Positions 46,831-64,000 of a stretch of 64,000 nt of DNA are shown here, piece after piece. A model generated the notes under the pieces. It worked only from the letters and a program-made list of their open reading frames with translations. It was not told where the DNA came from and searched no databases. Both the position numbers and the translations under genes were made by a program. The stretch is from contig CM120640.1 in the NCBI GenBank assembly GCA_051362555.1, positions 12,276,001 through 12,340,000 of the forward strand, in the 5' to 3' direction. How positions within the stretch are numbered: the stretch's first letter is position 1; the number at the start of each line of letters is the position of its first letter. Origin of the DNA: Lingula anatina (Eukaryota > Animalia > Brachiopoda).

Positions 46831-49029
46831 CATATAAGGCTTTGCAAAAACATTTGAAAAAGAGGCCATCCTTTTGCAGTATTTGCACTTCCCTTCGATA
46901 ACATTCATTCCTCATGTATCATTCTGAAAATAGAGCATACTTTTATATAGTACTCACACTTTTCTGTACTGAAATATTATTATTATTATTATTTCAAAAT
47001 GGCAAATTTATAAATGTATGCAATGTGTGTCATATTGAAGGCCCACCCTAATTAATTTTTATAAACAACATTCAAAAACTCACCTGGTGAACAGTTTGAA
47101 CCATCCTGGTGTTTTATTTCAGATCTGAGTCATGACAGGCAATAACCTATTTTTCCCAAATTTTCTTCCTCCAGGGTGGGAATTAATCTCATTTTATCTT
47201 GTAGGTTTAAAATTGGACACATTCTACTTTCTCTGAAAATGTTTATTGACCACTTGGCACCATGTTGAGGTTTTTGAAGGATTCTGCTGGCTGTTTCTTG
47301 CAAATGTCAATTGATAAATAGTGTGCACAAAGTGCAGTTCCTCTGCATATAGTTTCTGTGCTGTTATTTCAAGAAGCTGAGAAACCACATTTTTCCATTG
47401 TCCTCTGTTAACAATGGAATATCCCCCTTTGAATATATGCAGCTTTTCCCAAAAGACAGATGCCCTATGGGTGCAAAATATGCAAAATAAGTTGTCAAAA
47501 ACTAGTTCTGGTCAAGATCATAACTGAAGTTCAAGTGTTAGAAGGGTGTTTTGCTCACCAGTGGTTATAATTAGGGGTGAAGAGCTGTGGGATTAGTCAT
47601 CATCTGCATCTGCTTTTTCCACAAACGGCTTTACTACTTTATGGAGGCTATTTTAGTTCTCTTTGCTCTGGCAGGGATGGTCCAGTGTGATATATGTGTA
47701 TGGCAAGAATTGTCTAATATTTATCAAATGCCAGTTTGAAAAGACAGAAAAGTGGTTTCTGCAGATGAATGAACAGTCCTCCTGTTGCCAGCAGGCAGGG
47801 ATTTGTGAAATCAACTAAGTTTTCCTATTGTTCATTAGAAAATTTGCCTTGTTACGTAATGGTTTATTATACGATTCTTACTGGCCATTTGGTCATGGAA
47901 GAATTGCCATTTCACATACATTCTGCTTGCAACCTGTCTTTTTTTTTCTTGCAAGGGGTCCTCTGAATTTGCATCATTTGCAAAAATCTCTGATTTGGAT
48001 CTCACACTTTCCTAAAGAGGTGCAATGTTGAAGAATTTGTTATTGTTTCTTATATGGATTCTTTGAGGTCTAAAAGTCCACAAGAAAAGTAGAGGGAGTC
48101 AAACACAGGATAGGAACACTTTTTTTCACCCCACTACTTGTTGGGAAAAGTATAGTCAAATCAGATGGTGCTTTTCACACAGGTAATAGAACAGCGAGTT
48201 TCCTGGGACCATCGAAACTGGGGTTAGGATGGACACTCAAGTAAGGGTTTGTAATAGTATTTGGTTGTTCTGCCAGTATATATGGTAATGGATGCCTTGC
48301 ATCTTTAGCTTCCTAAACTAAAAAGGTCATATAAGAACATTCTGTGTAACAATGAAATGGGAATGTGAGATGGCATTTATTATACATTACAACAAAAGTG
48401 TATAAAAGACCAAAACAACTGAGAGGTCATTTCAAGTTGGTGATGGGCATATTTTCTGTTATATTTCCTTCTGTTACATAAATTACTGTTAATTTATTTC
48501 CTTATTAAAGGTGCTATTGGATAAATCTGCAAAATAAATATAAGGGCAAATGGGAGTCATGCAAATATTACTCAAACTGTGTATCACTAACTTGACACGT
48601 GTTCACTATTTTAATGGAATGCCCCCAGAACAGGTTCCACTGTGACAATCATATGACCTAGCTTATGTTACCCTCTATGCTAACAGTATATGTTATTTCC
48701 AAGCCCATTATTATGACCAGTATGAAAAGAATTGCAACAATGGGAACCTGAAGATTACTACTGATCCACACATTTTAAACTGGTGTGATCTGTGAAATTG
48801 GGTATATAGGCATGGAAAAAAACTTGCATGATCCATTTAAAGGGTGTCAAAATCACTTCAACTAAAGCAAGATTAATTGAAGGTAAATGTTTCCGCAGAT
48901 TTCTTTTACAGTGGGTTGTCATTAATACATGTAGATTAATATCTTCCAAAATAAAGAAATGTGTATTTGCCAAGCCCTGCTATAGCAAAGAATATTGTCT
49001 TTTTTTTTTTTTTCTTAAACTTTCTCAGA

Positions 49030-52000
49030 ATGTCAGGGAAGATGGTGTCCACAGGGACTGTCCAGGTGGACAAGTTGTTGGAAAAGTTGGGTCAACCAGG
49101 TCGGTACCATGTTTTCATCTACATTCTCATCTGTATGACCTACTGGATTGTGATCTTCAACCACGTTATCATGGCAGTCTATGGGCGGCCACCACCCCAC
49201 CACTGCACCCTTCCAGAGGGGAACTTTGTGAACAGAAGCATTCCCCTTGAAAAGGGAAAGCCCAGCAGCTGCAAGGTGTATGAAAATTTCACCCAGGTTT
49301 ATGGAAATGAAACAGTTCCAACACAAGGTTGCTCAGATGGATGGACATACACCCTAGAGCCTGGAGAAACCAATTTTGTTGCAGATGTAGGTTACTGTTC
49401 TTATTCTGTGTAAAAATATAAATATCAAATAAATGAATATGAACATTATTATTTCTTATATTTATTATTAAACTTTTCTGTTAAAGTACTAAAAAAAGAG
49501 ATAAGTTCTTGAAAATATTTTTTCGTTGTTAAATTGAGCAAATGTTTTGTAAATTTTAGTTTGATCTGGTGTGTGATAACAAGCCCCTGGTCAGTTTGGC
49601 AACAACCATCTACTTCTGTGGGGTTATGCTGGGAGGACTTATATTTGGTACCCTCTCGGACTTCATTGGCAGAAAGCCAGTATTCCTGATAACCCTGTTT
49701 GTCCCAGTTGCAATTGGAGTTGGGATATTCTTTGTGCAGTCATATGTGGCTTTTGTGGTGCTGAGGTTTTTTGTGGGAGTTTGTATGCAGGTAAAATATA
49801 AGTTTGACATGGGTTAATTTTTTAGTATTGTAATAATAGCAGTGTTTGAAACTAGAATGTACCCAATGTAGAGTCGGAGGGCTCAATTTGGCCCCTTGCA
49901 TCCTGAACCTTCCATGTTCTCATAAACAACAAAGCCCAAAGTAACCAAATTATGGTATCCAATTACATTCTCTCTCTCCCTGAACCAATACAATGTCATA
50001 CACCCCATTTCCATAGATTAGATCGACCTACTTTAGATCGACCTAACTCCCTGGGTGTTCACGCTGAATAGCTGTCAGCCGGGCGGACATGAAAGTTAAT
50101 TATCCCCTTACAGCTTGTGGTAGGCGGGACAGACATTTAAGTCGGATTATCTGAAAATAATCTAGTGAGACTCCCCGCGGGGATAGATCGATCTAAAATC
50201 TATGGGAATAGAGCCATAGTCAGCTGATTTAGCTGTCATTATATATGTACCTGGACAAAAGAAGTCTAGAAAACTGCACTTCATACTACAATAAAAAAGG
50301 ATAAGAATAGATTAAAATGGGACAAGAATACACATCATCTCTCACTAAATCTCTGCATCATATGGTTTCATGGCACTCAAGCAATATACTTCTTTCATTA
50401 GGGACTCCAAACATCAGGACTTGTGTTAATTTTGGAAATGTTCCGTCCAGTCCATCGTACCAAGGCAGGCCTTATTACAGAGCTGTTCTGGGGTTCTGGG
50501 GTGCTAATAGTAGGAGTTCTTCAGTGCTTTATCAAGGACTGGCATTATATCCAACTGGCCATTGCTCTTCCACCTGTGCTAGCCATTGGATATATTTGGT
50601 AATGATTTTCAGTTAGTGATAGTTGTTAGTTACTATCTTCCAAATAGATACATAATCATTAAATATTTGTGGTAGATTTGGTATTGATACTTCATTTAAT
50701 ATAGGGTTTTCTCAGTTATATGTTTTAATTATTTCAGTTTATTTATTGCTGTGGTGAAGTTCCTGAAAATAAAAGTTTCCATTAGTAGTGACCTTCAATG
50801 TTAAATTACCACTAGTATTGATCCATGGGATTCTAGGTTTCTATTGAAGTAAAGTACATTGGTTTCACACAATCTTTGTTTTCTGTTCATGATTATTCGG
50901 CTTGAATAAGAATACCATTAAGTGACTTTCCTAGTTTTCTATAGATACTGTTCAGGTATTATTTGTATTGTAGAATACAGGTCTATTTAAACCCTTTGTT
51001 TTGCATTCCACAGGATTATACCAGAATCCCCAAGGTGGCTGATTCAGAAGAAGAAATTCAAATTAGCAGAGCAATTTTTCATTAAAGTTGCAAATTTCAA
51101 TAAAACCGACATCACCTCCTCAATTAGTGATGAATTTGCTGCTGTCCACAAAAAAGAGGATGGGTCTAGTGTGACACACTACACCATCTTGGATATGTTC
51201 AAGACTCCAAAGCTCAGGAAGCGTACATTCTTATTGTTTTATATCTGGTATGAATTTTGCTTTTGTTTTTACAGAAGTGAGCATCTGTAAATAATTGTTT
51301 TTAGTATTAGACGCAAAGGTAGAATCCTTCATTTATTTCATCATGGTTGTGTAAGTGCAACGAGTAACATTATGTCAGGCCATATCTGTATTCATTGTTA
51401 TCATTTTATCTTATCTGGTGTTTGCTTAGGTTGTCAATTGCAGTGAACTATTATGGAATGTTATACGGCATTTCTGCATTACCAGGCAACTACTGTCTTA
51501 ACTTCTTGATCGGTGGTTTTGTTGAGGTACCTGCATATATAGCTACCATATTTTTAGTTGAATGGTAAGTATTATTGGTTTAGAGAGTCAAATAACTTGT
51601 ATTAAGAAATGTTTAAAGTCTCTTTTAGGCCTTTTTGAATTCTTTTAATCTTAAAGTCTTTTCATGCTGTTCTGTATGGTTTATATCATGGATGAACTAA
51701 TTACCATTTCTTTGTCTTTAGTTTTGGTCGCAAGAAGATATTACTGTTGTTCTTCTTTGTTGGTGGTGTGACATGTATAGCAGTTAGACTGGTACCTTCT
51801 GTTACAGGTAAATAGTCAAACAATGTTTGTCAAATATTTTTGAGCCTGAAAGCATAGCTTTAGTAATAAACGTGAAAATATTGGGGCAAATATTTAAAAA
51901 GATGTCCTATTGTTTCTTATTGAATATTTATTTTCACTGTGAATTATTTGTAAACTATCTAGTACATATGTTGTGGCAGTCTCATATTTGCCTTTGTCCA

Positions 52001-53029
52001 ATGTCGGCCTTTGGTTTCAGGATATGGACTTGACATCTCCTGGCTTCCTCTTGTACTTGCCTTGATTGGAAGAGCCAGTAGCGCAGGCAGTTTTGCTGTC
52101 ATACCACTGTTCACATCAGAGCTCTATCCCACAGTTATAAGGTATACTGTCTGCACATTTGCACAAAAAAAGGTGTTCTTCATTAACTGTACTGTTCTTG
52201 TTGGAAAGATTGAGTAAAGATAGACATGTCTGTTATTTTCATTGTTATCATCACCTGGCTATGTCCACATAATCGGCAAAACACTGAAATGTTGAAAGGA
52301 AGGAGAATAGTATAGTATAGTATAGTTTATTGGCGAATCAACTTGACATAGGCATATAACCAAGAAAACAAACATGTAACATTTGTGGTAGGTGATGGTG
52401 GCAACCACTGTTAACATATAAAAATGAAGTAATGGCCTGCAACTCAACTCAAAATTTAAAAAATACCTATATTTAGATAAGACTCTGCAGATAGATGTAT
52501 AAAATGTTTTATGATGGTTATTTCAGGAACATTGGAGTTGGAACATGTGCATTCTGGACTCGCCTAGGGGGAGTGTTATTTTCTCCCATCTTACTCTTGG
52601 TAAGTGTTAACAAATTTTAGAAATAAATTTTAATAATGTTGCTTCTGGTATGTATCCTTTTGAATTTTAATATTTAAGGACCCTATTAAATAAAATAATA
52701 TAATATTTGTAATTAAGATTTTTTTCCAGTATCCAACTTTGAAATATTAATTAGGTGGTATAAATAGTAATATTTTTCATAGTTTTAAGTTTATTTTGTT
52801 ATTTTTTTTTTTTTTTCAGTCTGACTACACCTTTAGGGCGTTCCCCTTTGTATTGTTTGGAGTGATGGCTCTGCTTGCTGGCCTTTTAACTCTTCTTCTC
52901 CCAGAGACATTAAACAAGAAACTACCAGAAGTGATTGAGGACGCAGAAAACTTTGGTAAACAGGCAAATGACAAAAGTAGTATTCCAGAGGAAGCAGAAA
53001 ATGAAACATCTGATGACACGAGACTCTAA
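49030..53029 (+). CDS. SLC22-family organic cation/anion transporter (Orct-like MFS), 9 coding exons, 547 aa
   Basis: Exons 49030-49386, 49560-49790, 50402-50598, 51014-51247, 51430-51564, 51722-51807, 52021-52141, 52527-52599, 52820-53029; all GT-AG, 1644 nt in frame. Family motifs: LG..GRYH, Cys-rich extracellular loop, FDLVC, LSDFIGRKP, IPESPRWL, FGRK, SELYPTVIRN, LLPET. Confidence 0.93.
50001..50215. mobile_element. MITE family A copy in SLC22 coding intron 2
   Basis: Highly similar to 43242-43456; ATA on both flanks (49998-50000, 50216-50218). Confidence 0.88.
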
Positions 53030-53589
53030 TTATTTTTGATAGTCGTATTTTGACAGCCTTTTACTGGGATGTTTATTTTAGAATTTATACTGAACGTTTT
53101 TGATCTTTTATAACACAGCCAGTTTAAGGCCTGCCTTAAAAATAACATTAAGAATCTTCAAAGCATTATAACATATTTACTCTTTTTACCTCTCAACCAT
53201 ATATAGCTATGGGGGCATTAGATGAGTTCTTTCATCAAGAACTTTATCCTCTAACTTAAGAATAATGTCTAGATCTAGGTATAGTTTTAGTGGGCCTTGG
53301 ACAAGTTCTTTTTATTGCTGATTTTGACCTACATCATAAAGGTCATTGTCAAGCATATGGCTGAGTGGTTCAGTGCCAATACCACTAGTTATGATGTATT
53401 TTGGTGAAATGTTGACCAAATATGAAAGATAAATATAAGAGCATTATTTACTTTAAATAATGGATATAAATGTAATAAGTTATATAGTGATATAAAGATG
53501 TTAGGTCCTTTTTTAACAGCATCTATCTGGAGGAGTCTCAATTCTTACATCACACATTATGAGAATGAATTGAGTAAGATATATTTTAT

Positions 53590-53686
53590 TAAAAGCTTAA
53601 ATTTTTAATGTAATCTCCTTTTTTAAAGCTTAAATAGAATGCAATCTCCTTTTTTAAAGCTTAAATAGAATGTAATCTCCTTTTTT
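53590..53686. repeat. ~31-bp x3 AT-rich tandem repeat downstream of the SLC22 stop
   Basis: aaagcttaaat...aatgtaatctcctttttt starting at about 53592, 53625 and 53656. Confidence 0.85.
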
Positions 53687-54121
53687 ATTGCTTTAGGAAA
53701 ATGTTCAGCCTACTTTAGTGTTACACTGTCTCATACTTTTCTCAAGATGTGTAGCTAATGACAAATGCTTGAATTAAAAAAAAAGCTTTTATGTGTGAAT
53801 GAGAACTAAGTGTGTAGAAGGTAGTGGGCTAATTGGATGTTGAATGGCCTAATGTTAGGTGAATGCTTTGGAAAGAAAATATATTTTTGGGTGATTTTGA
53901 GAAATAAATGTGTATTAATATGTTTTCATATATGATATGATATGATTATATGTGTTTTAATGGTTTATTTCTTGCTATCAGTATAATAATCTTAAAAGAA
54001 AGCTTGTGAAAAGTGAACCTTTTAATGTTTGATATATGATAGTATATATATATAGATATATAGTGGTATAGATTGTAATATGATTGAATGAATTTGGAAA
54101 TTGTGTCCAATTAAACTCTAG

Positions 54122-54346
54122 CATGGTTCCCAGCCCACCTGGAATTCAGGAAAAATCTTGACAATGATTTCCCTTTTTTCCAGTCTGGGAGTTTTAGAAA
54201 AGTTCCTCAAATCAGGGAAAAATCAAGGAATTTTCTTTGCTCAAACATTGCTCAAAACAACAAATCAGTCAACATTATGTCCCTAGAATTTACTGTCATC
54301 AGTGAAATATCACTGAACCCTGTTAATATAATTTGCTAGGAACCTG
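54122..54346. mobile_element. Degenerate hAT-like MITE
   Basis: catggttcccagc ... gctaggaacctg imperfect TIRs; internal tcagg(g)aaaa subterminal repeats; TSD not clean. Confidence 0.4.
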
Positions 54347-55229
54347 TCTAGAGAAACAGGAAGACTGATGGGATGAACATTCAGGGCGTCAAGTTACAAT
54401 GGACCTTCGTAAGATAGAAAAGTGGCAAATAAAGGATTAGAAAACAGGAGAAAAGAATGGAATTTATTGCTAAAGAATAGTAAAATGGGGATTATTTCAT
54501 ACTAAAGATTGCACCTCAACAGCCATAAGGCCATATCAGTCCATCACATTTTATTTATTGTATAAAGGTGTACTGGTAGGTGCCATCAAAGCCCAAAATG
54601 TGAGGTGCAATCTTTGCTACACTCTGGATGTGGGATGGATTGTGTGGGATCATGTTGGATTTTCCCCAGACTGCCTGTGGCTGTAGTATCCAAGCCTAGT
54701 CCTGGAAGGAAGTTGCAGCAATCCCCTTTTTGTAGGATATCCAGCCTAGATCTGTCAACAGATTGTTGAGGAATAGTGTAGCACATTTCATGTTACACAC
54801 AGATATTAAAAAGCCAAACCCTGCATAAACAGATCCATACCAATTAACATATCCACAAAAAATTTTGAACCAAGTTCTCCCTTATGTTTATTTTCCCACA
54901 ATCAGCATGAACTGACAGATGTAAATAAGAAATATATTGTAACTTGACGTCCCCAAGGGTGTTTGTTTTTATTTTAAAATGATTTATTTTATAAGTTGTC
55001 TTAATAAAGAATTAAATTTTTTATTTTTGTTCTGATGCTTTTTTGAAGAGTATACATTCTACACAGCTGTCACCACACAGCCATACATTGTTTACTTTAT
55101 AACAGTGCTTGTGTAATAAAAGCAGCTTGTTCACTGGAATTCTCCTTTTGAATTTTATGGTATACAAAGGCATGAAAGAGATGCAATATCCGTGTTGCAA
55201 ATGTAATGAATCTGCTGGGACACAGACAT

Positions 55230-55424
55230 CAGGGCCCAGTTTCCTCAAAATGGGACAGCACTAACCTATGGATGGCACTATCCAATGGATAAAATTCTTA
55301 AACTCTGGACATTTATCCTGTGGGTAAAGTACCGTTTCCCCAAATACTAGATATTTGCTTTTGTCACTGAAATTGCTTTCCAGTGGTTAAAAGTGTCATC
55401 CAGTGATGATTAAACTGGGCCCAG
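55230..55424. mobile_element. Palindromic MITE, superfamily unassigned
   Basis: cagggcccagttt ... aaactgggcccag TIRs with AT on both flanks; internal mirror motifs (tggatggcact / agtgtcatcca). Confidence 0.65.
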
Positions 55425-56056
55425 ATTAAGTGGCTCAAGGTTAATATACTTCTGTTGTTGTTTCAACCCTATGACAGTTTAAATTAATTATCGTGTCTGT
55501 AGACTTCTAGAACATCCGTCACTTTATCCCTGCGATGTTAAAATTGTAAAACACTGCAATGGTAATAACTTGTGTTCAGTTGTTTGAAGAAACTATAATT
55601 CAAATTTTTAGTAATGACCGACACCGACTTTCTGCTACATTACGTATTTCCAATATTTAATATTCAATTTACACTGAATTTCCCTTTCAGAGCATGATAA
55701 TAGTCTCTGTGTCTGTGCTCCAAGTTTAATAATACAGGTTTTTTTTCACTTCTAAAAGAGAATCTGTAACAGTAATCCAGCGATAGCGAACTTTCTTTAG
55801 ATACATAGCCAATTTTACCTTTCGATTCTTTGGTCTTGTCACAAAGTTCTTTCCATTTTATCTACTTCACATGAAACTTCTTTTAAAAAATCTTTGTCTT
55901 GTAATATTTATTTACAGTTCTATGCAAGCGCCCTGTTTAAAGTGACCTGCAATTAATGAAGTCCTCAAATTCTGCTTCATAAAAAGTTGTCCAACCCATT
56001 ATTTTTTTGCCAATCTAAAGATATTTTTTCCTTTTCAAAAATACTTGGTGAGTGAT

Positions 56057-63871
<7,815 letters not shown>

Positions 63872-64000
63872 CTATCTTTATGTCTTGTCCCTGAAATCTT
63901 CCACTTTGAAGAAACTTACATCTATTCAGCTAGCATCGCTATATTTGTTCCATGTGAAAATAGATAACTGTTTTATATACCAAAATCTATAAAAGTAATT

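Noticed and set aside
53354-53390. tRNA/SINE A-box-like tggctgagtggtt
   Set aside because: No B box or cloverleaf follows.

Overview
AT-rich animal genomic DNA with spliceosomal introns. The repeat types suggest an invertebrate, probably a mollusc or other lophotrochozoan (inference). Three protein-coding genes can be reconstructed with phase-consistent splice sites. (1) A giant C2H2 zinc-finger gene on the minus strand: 5 coding exons over 11128-28314, about 4711 aa, about 50 fingers, including a single 11.6 kb exon. (2) A complete 9-exon SLC22/organic cation transporter-like gene on the plus strand (49030-53029, 547 aa). (3) The last 18 exons of PRPF8 on the minus strand (56057-63851, truncated by the window). 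CpG-rich promoter-like islands lie at about 8.1-8.4 kb (ETS-CRE motif) and 36.5-37.3 kb (apparently bidirectional). Introns and intergenic DNA are dense with non-autonomous transposons: two PIF/Harbinger-type MITE families with TWA target duplications, hAT-type MITEs, Helentron-like (HINE) elements including one carrying a 161-bp satellite array, and LINE, RTE and Penelope relics. The most unusual item is the zinc-finger protein, which has internally repeated finger modules and many SUMO/SIM-like motifs, and whose likely 3' UTR contains a fold-back MITE.
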